Below are positions 26,901 through 38,806 of a DNA stretch of 64,000 nt, one piece after another. The notes under the pieces were generated by a model. That model was not told the origin of the DNA. It ran no database searches and saw only the letters and a program-made list of their open reading frames with translations. Numbering within the stretch: position 1 is the stretch's first letter; every line of letters starts with the position of its first letter. The stretch comes from Rhynchobatus australiae. Taxonomy: Eukaryota. A program made the position numbers and the translations under genes. The stretch is from assembly GCA_034780895.1 (NCBI GenBank), contig JAUZTB010000064.1:114743110-114807109 (forward strand). The letters are read 5' to 3'.

Positions 26901-27014
26901 AAATTGTAGTCACTGAAATGTTATGCATGATTCCATGATTCAAATTATGTAGAGAAATTTGTTCCCGATCAACAAAATAATCATATTGTTTGTTGTAAGA
27001 AAAATACTTTATAT

Positions 27015-28480
27015 GGACAAAAAATTGCTAGAAATACTCAGCAGGACAAGCAACCCCTGTGGAAAGAGAAATTACATTAATGTTTTGGTTCAATGCTCCT
27101 GCTCAGAATGAGGGAAGAGAGAAAGCACGATAGTTTTAAGTTGCAGAGAGGGTGGGGGAGGAAGGAAGGGATGAATAGGTCAAAGGAAATAGCTCTGATA
27201 GGGTGAGGCTAGGATTGCCATGGTTCTAAGATGTTGATGAAGGGTTGTGGTTTACAAATTAATGAAGGCAGTTAAAGAGAGAAAGAAAAGAACAAAGAAA
27301 CATGTAAAGGATGTGAAATGCAGGTTAAAGTGGCAGTAAGTGCCAAGCAGATCATGTAGTATTAATAGAGAGAGAAAAGCCGAGTCATTATTACAGGTGG
27401 TTAACCAACAATAGAGCCAGCCAGTTCAGATACAAACAGAGAAAGCAATTTACCTGAAATTGTTGAATTTGATATTGAATTTTGAAGGCTGCAAAACCCC
27501 AGACAGAAGATGAGATACTGTTTCTCAAGCTTACATTGGGCCTCATTGGAACAATGTGGGAAGCAGAGTGGGAATGTGATGGAGTACAGGCAAATGGAAG
27601 CTCAGATGGACTGATTAAAGGTGCTCTGCAAAGCGGTCATGCAAGCAATGTTTGTTATTTCCTGGAGACCACATCATGAGCATTGAATATAAAACACCAG
27701 ATTAGTAGCAGTGCAAATGAATCACTACTTCACCTGGAAGGACTGTTTAGTTTCTTAGATAGGAGGGAAATCAGGGAGTCGCAAAGGGCACGATCCCTTC
27801 AGAGTGCTGTGAGGGGAGGGGAGGGGAGGGAAAGGTTCGTAGTGAAATCTCTTAGATGGCAGCTGAAATTAGGAAGGATGATCCATTAAATGTGGAGTCT
27901 GCTGGGGTCCAAGGGACTTTGCTATGTTCAGGAGGAAAGGAGGTGAGAATAGAGTTGCAGAAAATAGATGAGGCATGGTCAAGAGCTGTAACAACTCAGG
28001 TGGAGGGGAAGTCACAGATATAGAAAAGGGAAGATGTATCAGAGATACCTGTGGGGAAAGACTCCTCATCAGAGCTGATATGACAGAGACAGAGAAACTG
28101 AGAATTAAATGGAGTCCTTTCAGGAATTGGGGCAGATGATAGTAATAGCCAAGATAGCCGTGAAAGTCTGTGGGCTTGTAATGGGTAGATGTTGTGGTGG
28201 TTGGGACTAGGAAATTGGGAACTATCAGTGGTGGGCATCAGAGGTGCATGGAAGGAAGTGGGAAGAGACTGAACCAGAGAGAAAGGATGGAGTCAAGGTA
28301 GGAAGAAATAAGTTTAGTGGGGCAATTGGCTAGCCTGAATTGTTCTTATTCTGAATCTTGGGCAGGAGGTAGAAATGGGTTGTATGGGGTTGGGTGCCCA
28401 TACTGCTAGAGGCTGTGGATGGAAGGACTCCCCACAGAAATGAAGTCTGTGACTGTCAGGAAAGACAATGCTCTGATATT
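27015..28480 (-). mobile_element. Degenerate Penelope-like retroelement in the first FAT4 intron
   Basis: pLTR end at 27020-27160 and GIY-YIG C-terminal region at ~27450-27750. The RT motif FYLLPKI lies on the minus strand at ~28353-28375. Confidence 0.8.
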
Positions 28481-30313
28481 CAATGGCGGAGCTGTGGCTG
28501 CGGAGCTCCAGGCATCTGAAGTTTTTAGGTTTTCAAATATTTTATATGAATATCACTCAGTATATATTTTTCTCCCACTCTTCTGCTGTGTACTTCTTTG
28601 CTCTCCTTTTATTTAAAATGTAATTTTGACAAAAATAGTTATAATATAAATATTTTCATATTCTAGACTTCCAAATTTTATGCCAATTTGCACAACATAA
28701 AATTCTGTGATGTTTGACAAGAGTATGAAATACACATAAAAAACAAAAGACATGGGTACAATTACAGGAGATATGGTATGGGGAAAAGAGTGTTTTTTTA
28801 CTGCTTGTGAATCCCCCTCAGGCTAGTCAGAATACATCTTTGAGCTTTAGGCCATGTCAACTATTCCACTGCTCTCCTAGCTGTGCTCTTGTCTTCCAAC
28901 TTCCATAATTCAGCTACCCCCATCTTAACCCTCTCTTCCCCCTTTAAGGTGAAACTTAGAGTACACCTCTTTAACCGACCCATTATTTTACCTGGGCTAG
29001 CATCTCTTTCTTTGGACCTGTGCCAGTTTTGCTATATAATGATTTTGTGAAGGAGTGCAGGACAATTTTATTGAAAATATCGTAAAAATATATGTTGTTG
29101 TTACCATAGTTAAGTGACAAAAAAAGACGTGATACTTTTCATTTGGATAAAATACTCTTCAGTTCTTTTACATTGCTTCTTGTGGTTTCGGGGAAGCACT
29201 ATGGGAGGTTTGAAGCAGGATTCTCCAACAACAAATCAAACACAGAAAAGTTATGGAGCGAAAAATAATTTTATATCAAACAAAATTAATGTATCAATGG
29301 AAATCTGTTTACAGATTATCTCTTGAGATTAATTTTTTCATGAAAAGAAACTTGAGTAAGGGATAAGAGAGAAAAAAAATCAGATGTATGAAGGGAGAGT
29401 GCTCATCAATTAAAAAATAAGCCTTGGAAAGTTCAGAGGTATAGTGGATTAGATCATTGGTACTTGAGCTCAGATTAAAATCAGATTGACACTCTTAACA
29501 CCTTTACAGTAACAAGACCAAGACGAGGAGAATTGAGGTATTCCCTGGACATCTGGCAAAGTGTACTGTAATTAAATTTGAATAAGATTGATAGAAATCA
29601 TTAAGTGCAGATAGAAAGCTTTGTGCTGCCTTTCCTGTAATTAATAAGATGAAAATCTTCTCTGCCTGCTAGTTATAAGGGTTGCATGAAATGCCTAATG
29701 TACATGGACCTAAGGCATAAAATTGTTTTAATTTGGAACTTCCCAGTAATGCCATTTAGACAAGGTCTGATTAGTGTGAAGGTTGAAAAAATTGTGTTGT
29801 GGGAATTAATTTTCTGAAACACTGTGTTGGGAGGCAAAGTAAAGAAATCTTTTCTCTACATTTGGCTGTACCATTCCTCACTAGAGATTCTAATACTTAG
29901 TGCATGAAATGGAAATTGTTTCAGGACCATTTGTGTGTTGACCTTAGTGGGAAAGGGATGGGAGTAGTGGGGAGGGGCTGGGGGGGTGTTGCTTGAGAGG
30001 ACCACCCCTTTTTTTAGTTTAAGCAAGCTTAGTTCTGTGCATTTGGGGTATTCAGGAAATCCTGATGGAAAATAATTGAGTAGGTGCCATGTTAAATAAT
30101 TCTTCAGAATCATTAAATGTTCAGCTTGACATTATATATTTATTCTAATCAAATAAGAAAATTAGATTATCTCATATAGTGTTTTGTGTCTTATTCTTCC
30201 TGTAAACCCAAAGATGCTTTCATATTATCCTTTGTTCTTTTGGTAACAAAACACTAAAGGCTTTTCCCTTCAAATCATCATCTAATGTTTTTCCATGTGA
30301 TTTTTGATTGCAG

Positions 30314-33300
30314 GTGGTTGCTACAGATGGTGGAAATCTCCGCTCGCAGACACTAGCTATTGTAACCATCACGGTTATTGACACACAGGATACACCTCCA
30401 TCATTCAGCCAGAGCAGCTACAGTTTTGTTATTTTTGAAAACATTGCTATTGGTTCCCTTGTCGGCACGGTATCTGCTTCTACACTTGATCTTAATACCA
30501 ACATCACTTACCTCATCACTTCAGGAGACCAGAGGGGCATGTTTACCATTGGTGGATCAACAGGTCAAATTAATACTGCCAGTATGATAGACAGAGAAGA
30601 AATGGCATTTTATCAGTTAAAAGTTGTGGCAAGTGGTGGTACAGTAACTGGGGAGACTTTAGTTAATATCACGGTCAAGGATCTGAATGATAATTCTCCA
30701 CATTTCCCTCATGTGGTTGAAAGTATTAATGCAGTTGAAAACTGGGGTTTGGGGCACACTATTTTTCAAGCTAAAGTTAAGGATCCTGATGAAGGCATCA
30801 ATGGCATGGTTTCATACACCTTGCGGCAGAATCCAAAAGGTCTCTTCCACATTGATGAGAAAACTGGAATAGTAACTTTAAATGGACCTCTTGACATAAA
30901 TGCAGGTTCATACCAGGTGGAGGCAGTAGCTTCTGACATGGGTGTTCCCCAGCGATCATCCAGCTTAATTTTGACTATCTATGTGCATGATGTGAATGAT
31001 AACCCACCTGTATTTGACCAGCTTTCATATGAAATCACTATTTCAGAAGCCGAACCTGTGAATTCTAGGTTCTTCAAAGTCCAGGCTTCTGACAAAGATT
31101 CAGGAGTGAATGGAGAGATCACCTATGACATTATAGAAGGAAACAAGGAGAAAAGATTTGGCATTTTTCCTGATGGGCAATTATACATTAAAGCTGAATT
31201 AGACCGTGAAACTCAAAGCCATTACGTCTTGATGGTTGTTGCTGCAGACAGGGCAGTGGAGCCTCTGAGTGCAACTGTGAATGTGACCATAATACTGGAA
31301 GATGTAAATGACAACAGACCTTTATTTAACAGCACAAATTATGTATTTCATTTTGAAGAAGAGCAGAAAGCTGGTTCGACTGTTGGATACATCAATGCTG
31401 TAGACAAAGATTTTGGATTTAATGGTGAAGTGAAGTATACATTTGAAACAGCCCAGCTTGATTTTGAGCTGAATGAAGTCACTGGAGAATTAACCAGTAG
31501 ACACCAGTTTGACAGGGAGGCTTTAATGAGGCAAAGAGGAGCTGCAGTTTTTAGCTTTAAAGTAACTGCATCAGACCAAGGATTGCCCAAAATTCTCCAG
31601 GATCATGCTACTGTACAAGTATACATCACAGATACAAATGATAATGCACCTAGATTCACCAAGGACCTATATCTGGCTACAATATCAGAATCAGCAGGAA
31701 ACTTGACACAAGTACTCCGTGTGAGTGCTTCAGATGTAGATGAGGGACATAATGCTTTGGTACACTACTATATCATTGAAGGAAATGAAGAAGATCAATT
31801 TATGATTCAAAGTACCACAGGACAGGTGACTTTGATAGGAAAACTGGACCATGAAGCTACAGTTTCCTATTCCTTAACTCTTCTCGCAGTCGACTTGGGA
31901 AGTGATCCTTTGAGTTCCACATGCACCTTAATTATCAGTGTGCTGGATGAAAATGACAACACTCCTTCATTTCCAAAAGCTGTGATGCACATTGACGCAT
32001 TGGAAAATATGAGAGTTGGAGAGCTTGTAGAATCTGCAACTGCCACTGATTCGGATTCTGGAGACAATGCTGAGATTCATTACAGCATTACAGGAAGTAA
32101 CAATCATGGAACCTTTAGCATCAGTCATAATACAGGTAGCATTTTCCTTGCAAAAAAAATGGACTTTGAAACCCAATCTGTTTACCATTTGAANNNNNNN
32201 NNNNNNNNNNNNNNNNNNNNNNNNNNNNNNNNNNNNNNNNNNNNNNNNNNNNNNNNNNNNNNNNNNNNNNNNNNNNNNNNNNNNNNNNNNNNNCTGTTTA
32301 CCATTTGAACATAACAGCAAAAGATAAAGGAAGACCCCCAAGGTCTTCAACAATGTCAGTAGTGATTCATGTTAGAGACTTCAACGATAATGCACCTAGC
32401 TTTCCCCCTGGAGATATTTTTAAATCTATTGTAGAAAACATTCCTATTGGTACATCTGTACTGACTGTAGCTGCCCATGACCCTGATGCTGATATTAATG
32501 GAGAATTACGTTATTGTATAGCTCAGCAAATACCAAGAGGAAACCATTTCGTGATCGGTGCTTCAGATGGAATACTGCGGACAAATGCGGAGATTGATCG
32601 TGAATTTTCCAATCTCTTTGAACTCACCATTAAAGCCATTGATCAGGCAGTTCCACTTGATTTCAGGCGTTTTGCTTTAAAGAATATAACCATCTTAGTA
32701 ACAGATCAGAATGATAATGCTCCAGTGTTTATATCTCAGAATGCTCTGATTGCAGACAGTGCTCTTGTGATGGGCTCCATTCTCACAACCATCAGGGCTA
32801 TTGACCTGGATGAAGGAACAAATGGAGAAGTTGAGTATGAACTAGTTAGTGGAGACAGTGACACATTCATGATGGATCGATATAGTGGAGATATTAGAGT
32901 AATAGCACCTTTAGTTCCTTCTAGACTCACCTATCAACTTGTTGTGTCGGCTATAGACTTTGGGCGGGAGAGAAGATCTACCAGCACAGATATGACTGTT
33001 ATTCTTCAGGGGACGGATGGACCTGTCTTTACCCAGCCAAAATATATCACTGTTTTACGAGAAGGAGAGCCTGTGGGTACCAGTGTGATCTCCTTAAAGG
33101 CAGCCAGTCCAAGAGGTTCTTCAGCACTACTGGAGTACTACATTGTTTCAGTTCATTGCGGTGGAAAATCTGTTGGACGCCTTTTCACAATAGGACAACA
33201 AAGTGGTATCATCCAAACAGCTGCTGTGCTGGATCGAGAGCGAGGACCAAATCTTTACCTTGTGGATGTCTACGCAGTTGAGAAATCTTCTAGTCTGCCC

Positions 33301-33318
33301 AGGACACAAAAAGCAGAG
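30314..33318 (+). CDS. FAT4: FAT4 second coding exon: end of EC7 to most of EC16 (963 codons after removing the spurious gap and duplicated overlap)
   Basis: Acceptor tttttgattgcAG|GTG GTT GCT continues AYQLQ-VVATDGGNL in phase 0. Peptides such as FFKVQASDKDSG, FGIFPDGQLYIKAELDRE, GRPPRSSTMSVVIHVRDFNDN and GPVFTQPKYIT match FAT4. The exon ends PRTQKAE GAG|GTAAGT, a perfect donor. 3005 nt minus 116 nt (100 N + 16-nt overlap) = 2889 nt, divisible by 3. Confidence 0.95.
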
Positions 33319-36300
33319 GTAAGTGGATATGATTTTAATGGTAATAATGGTCTTTCATAAAAGGGGTTTTGTTGCAGATCAAAGTAAATGGATTAATAGA
33401 TACAATTTGTAGCCACCATGGCTGAGGAGGCATTTTTGTTAATTTAAAAGCACGTTGCAAGTGTACACTTTTAAATAATGGGAAGGACACACTAACCAGG
33501 ATTTATGTGAGTGACATTTACATCTCATGCTTATTATAATGTAAGTATTGAAATTAATTTTACTTTTTGCTATCCTTACTCTGAGAAAATGAAGTTTTTT
33601 ATAATAATTGCAATATTTTACCTTTATAAAGCTCTCATTTTCTATGAAAGTACATTTGCAGACTATGCTTTGGATAATCCAGGAAAATGCAGATTTTGTT
33701 TGACAGTAAATGTTTCCACTTATTATATCAAATTTACATCTTTTTCAAATAGACCTTTATATATAAATGCAAAACATTTGCAAATTACAAAGTGAGCTAC
33801 CTGATTCTATAAACTGAAAACAGTGGTCTAAGTAACTGTTGTGTGATGCCATGCTTCAACAGATGGGTTGATCTGGACAAATCCAGAGACTGACTGTGAA
33901 TGTGGATCTAATTTTAACCTGTGAGTCAAGTTAACCTTTGAACCCATAAAGGGCAAAGCAACAAGTGAATATATTTAGTTTCTACTGACCACCATTGTAT
34001 ATTCTATTCTCACCGCAGAGTAGGAAAGATAAGGAGCATTTAATTTTAAATATATCTTTATTTATAAGACTAAATATTTTACTTTAACAAAATAAAAATG
34101 CGTGTATATAAAGACCATGTGAAGACAAAAATGATAACCAACGTTGCACAGTTTCTTGATCACATTGATTACATTCCTGGTTGTAAATCTTGGAAACCCT
34201 TTTCAAATAATACAAAAATTGGGACTTTGAATATACTGTAAGGGATGAGACAATGGCCTTGCTTAGTAGCTTTTCTCCTAAACCTTTTATATAGCATGCA
34301 CCTTGCTTAATAACAGCTCATATTCCTGGTCTTTGAAGCCTGCTAGTTTACAACACTCTGATATGGACATCTCTTTAATTTTACTTGTATTAATAGGCTG
34401 TTTTTTGGTGTGTTTTGAACTTTGTGGAAAAACATGATGTAGCTTAGTAAACCCAAAAGACATGTTTGCGAAGTCAAGAGAAAAAAGTAGTATGAAATAT
34501 GCAAAGGTTTACACTAATGAAATGTGCACTGTCATACAAGTGACACAATGCGGAGAGACTAATGTCTGCTGATGGATAACAAACAGTGGAGCAAGGCCAG
34601 TGGTGCCAGACTTTTGACAGGAAAAGCATTGTTGTTTCTTTCATACTTTGTTAATTTGTGTTTTTAAGTAAAATGTACTGGAGAATGGAAATGACATTTG
34701 ATTGCTAATTATATTTTATGATTGCTAATTTGTTCTTATGTGGTTTTGTCACATTGTATAACAGGAGTAATTTTTTTCCCAACAAATTTATTGAAGTTTA
34801 ATTGAATAATTAAATAATACAATATTTCTGTACATATGTCATGGTTATGTTTATAATACAATGAAGAATTTTTGTAGGATCTTTCTGCTCTGCACTGTAA
34901 AACTGTTGAAAGTGTTTTTCTTTTACAAACTTTCTCAGTCGTGAAGTTGGTCATTGCTATATCTTAAGATATTCTTATGGCCTGTAATTAGTGGGTTTAG
35001 AATGAAGAATAATGATAATTGGATTTTACATGCAGGATCTATATACTATTAAAGTGAAGGCATGCTTGTAAGTAATACCATAAAGGATATGTGATATGAC
35101 CCATTACATACAGTGGGACTCATTTAATATTGTGTAACAAACCATTGTAATGAGCAGAATTTCACACATTTCAATTAATTATGCACAAATGTCACAGATA
35201 ATATTTTGACATGTAAAGAGATATAAATATCAATAATGAGTATCTAATATTTGTTCTGAAACACCACAGCAAATTTTCTAATTATAAAAGTTACCAGCCC
35301 AGCCAATCCATCACCAGGCCCTCCTTAATCCCTTCTCCTTCACCATGTTACCCATATCCCTCCCCCTCCTTCATATTGTTCAGCTGTTCCTGAGGAGAAA
35401 TATGCGGTCCTGAGAAAGAGCTTCATCACTGGTGTTATAGTTTTAACATTGCTTCAGTGGAATTACAGATAACACTGGGCCACAGGAAGAGGATTTATAA
35501 ATAATGGGTCTAAGGTATGAGTAGCTGAAAGTTATATAGGCAGAAAATTAGATTCTTATCAGTTTTTCAACATAAGGTAAATAAATTAGAAGAAATTCTG
35601 AGCTAGTGGTATTGTTTCAATGAAACAGTGTTTTTCTGGGGCACGGAATAAACTGTTTGACAATGACTTTGTTATTCTAATTGGAATCAGGCTGCCAGCT
35701 AGGCCTGAAACATGCCTACTTGTAGGAGATGGTCACTTGACACCAGACTGTTAGAAAAATCTCCCTGGGCAATGTTATGTTAATACCAGTTCTAACAGGA
35801 GCTGTAGGCCAATTGTGGAAAGTAGAGGAGTCCTAAATATCTGTAACAATCATGTAATTACCAATGAGGGAAAAAAGGGAAATATAACACAAGGGGTAGT
35901 TGCATCTTATCCAAGTAACAGCAAAGTGTATTAGTAGGTTAATTGTAAGAGGAATTTTAAGCTCTTTTCCTAAACTGATGGGATTGTAGGTACCGCCAGG
36001 TTTTACTCTCCATGAAGTCAATAGAAGTATATGGCAAACAGCCAGCCACTGCAATTCTCTCAGTATCGTGCTGAGCAGTCTTAAGTTAAACTACCCTTAA
36101 ATTACAATTATATTCAAAGCGTTTCTTATCAAGGAAGTGCAATATTATTGTTATGGCAGTCATACAATGTATTCTCTCAGTACATTTACTGTGTCACAGT
36201 ATTGAGTGAACTTGGAATATCTTTAGGCTGCAGATGAGCTGCAAAACAGCATTTCCCAGACCATGCCTGGAGCATTGGCACTGGAGATCTACAGAATACT

Positions 36301-36934
36301 GAAATAAAATTAAAGAGCTTATTAATATTAATTTCTTTGTTGGTTCTCTCTGTCTCTCATTTTAGTTTCAGTATGAGATCCATGAGAACACCAGAAATAA
36401 CATGGATGATGCCTTGGGATTTCTGCCAATGTACAGCTGGCGTTCTAAGTGGCAGTCAGGAAAAGCTCTCAAAATTCTATCCCTTAGAACTCATTTCTTT
36501 TTTGAATTTTCTTTCAGAAGAGATTAGAGCCATGCAGGGTTGCAGTTGTGCTTATTCTGTTGACAGCATGAGACGTGATTTATATAACTTGTATGATTTA
36601 CATAAACAAAAGGGCTGAGTGACATGTACCTCTGAAGATGCGGATTATTTACGCTTGGGCAAGATTACAGAAATGTGCTCTTTTCCTTAAAACAAAGATC
36701 TTTATTATGAATTGTCTGCATTTCAAAAATCACAATTACCTATGCTTCAAAAATCCTTGGTATTTCAAATCCCTTGTGAATAAGGGAATTGGTAGTGAAT
36801 GATTTTGAAATTGGAATGTAAAAGAAGCTCTTTCATTGCCGAAGATTTTTGGCTGATTAGATTCTGTTGTAATGGCTTATGATCATTTTAGCATATTAAT
36901 AACTATTTGTGATACTAACGCTAAATATGGTTTT

Positions 36935-37950
36935 ATTGAAAATAAAAATAGAAAATACTGGAAACACTCAGTAGGTCAAGCAGCATCTGGCAAAAGAGAA
37001 ATAGAGTCAACAGTTCAGGTTGGTGACCTTTTTTAAGAACTAGGAAAAGTTAAAAATAAAAGATGTTTTAAGTTGCAGAGGTGGGACTGAGGGGTAAGGA
37101 ATACAAAGCAATGTGCATGATGGGTTGGAGACTTGACACAAGTGGTAGTGGTTGTTGAAAGGTTAGTTATCTGAAACAGTTGAATTTAATGTTGAGTCCT
37201 CAAGCTTCATTGGAAAGTATAAGAGGCCAAAAGCAGAGAGATTGGAGTGGATGTGGTGCGGAGAATTGAAGTGACAGGCAACTGGATGCTCAGTTTGTCC
37301 TTGCAGACTAAACACAAGTGTCGTACAGAACGGATACCCAGTCTGCATTTGGTTCTTCTATTGTAGAGACCAAATCATGAGCATTGAATGCTGTACTAAA
37401 CTGGAAAAAGTACAGTTGAATCACTTTTGCATTGAGAAGAATGTTGGGTCCCAGAATGGTGGGAAGAAGTGAAAATGGGGCAAGTATTACATCTCCTGAG
37501 GCTTCATGGGAAGGTGGCGTGAGGTGAGTGGGTATTGGTGAAGATTGAAGAGTGAGCCACAGTAATGGAGAGGGAATGATCGCTTCGGAAAACTGGGAAG
37601 GGAGAGGAAGATCTCTCTGATGTTGGTGGTGTCATGTTGAAGATGGCATAAGTTATAGAGAATAATGTGTTGAATATGGAGGCTGGTGGGTGCAAGGTGA
37701 GGACAAAGAGGACACTATCTTAGATGGAAGGAGAAGAGTTGAGAACAGAAATGCTAGAATGGAACAGAAGTATTTGATAGCCTTATAAACTATGGTGGAG
37801 AGGAAACCCACAGGTAAGGATAAGGGAAGACCTCTCAAAGGCACTGGTGTGAAGGCTATCATTTACAGAATAGGTACAACTGAGAAGCAGGAGAATGGAA
37901 TAGAGTTCTTAAAGTAAGCAAGGTGGGAGGAGGTTTAGTCGGCTTGTAAG
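36935..37950 (-). mobile_element. Degenerate Penelope-like retroelement
   Basis: pLTR end aaatactggaaacactcagtaggtcaagcagcatctg. Minus-strand peptides EHPVACHFNSP and FPVFRSDHSL parallel the element at 17.8-18.5 kb. Confidence 0.82.
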
Positions 37951-38619
37951 ATTCACAAGTTTGGCGCTTCCGCATGTTCATTGTGGTAGCTGAGAAGGAC
38001 AACACAAAAGTATCCAGTTTTTGTTTGACTGATTAATGGCACTTTTGTATTATTACAAAGAATTATGATAGAGGCAGTAAATTGAGACTGACCTACTTCT
38101 TGCATTCTACTTTCACGTTTTCTCTTGTACCACTTCAGTCTGGAGCACCCACCAGTCCAATTGCTGAAAGAAGAAAATCCAGAATCTGAAATGGAAACTA
38201 GATTATGCTTTGTAAGATTCATAAATTTGGGTCTCCTACCTGGTGGATGGGGAATCTTTAGAGTATGCCGTTGACAAGGAGTATCATGAAATGTAAAACT
38301 CTGTTCAGAAACTATAAGTAACAATAATCCATAGAAGCATTGGTGAACACTCTCCTAAGTTATTTGAAAGATTGCCTAAAGGCAGCTGTGGAAAAGGTCC
38401 CATACTTGGGTAAAACAAATTACATATCTGAGTTTTTGGACCATTCTGGAAAAAAAAACTTCCCATATGCAGAGATTGCATTGCTTGGTATGTGTTTTCA
38501 AAATTAAATTTTGATGATGTGGTGGCAGCTGTAATTTACATCCACTGCCACAATGTCTACAAATAAATCCAGTCTAATCAACCTAGTTGTAAGAGAATAT
38601 ATTATCTCATATTTCTTAA

Positions 38620-38806
38620 TGATATAGAAGGAGGTCACTTGGCCCATCAAGACTATGCCGGCACTCAGAGCATTCCCATCAATTGGATTCCTTATGTATT
38701 TCCCTATTTTCTACTCTCCCAATTACCTGTTAGCACTGCCCTGATTCTGCTCTTACCCACCTACACTAGGGGCAATCTACAGTGATAATTACCCTACCAA
38801 CCAAAC
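38620..38806 (-). mobile_element. HE1-type SINE 3' half
   Basis: ggcccatcaagactatgccggc...cacctacactaggggcaatctacagtgataattaccctacc, as in the 23.6-kb copy. Confidence 0.65.

Larger units (their letters stand above)
22937..30313 (+). other. FAT4 phase-0 GT-AG intron (7377 bp as assembled) inside cadherin repeat EC7
   Basis: GTTAGA donor, CTAAT branch-point-like motif at 30282-30286, T-rich tract and TTGCAG acceptor. Splicing joins the two ORFs with no missing residues relative to the cadherin pattern (Y-x-L-x-V-x-A-x-D-G-G). Confidence 0.92.

Noticed and set aside
30308-33360. Two separate cadherin genes or a frameshifted pseudogene (666-aa and 351-aa ORFs)
   Set aside because: The break coincides with a 100-N gap flanked by a duplicated 16-mer; collapsing it restores one frame.
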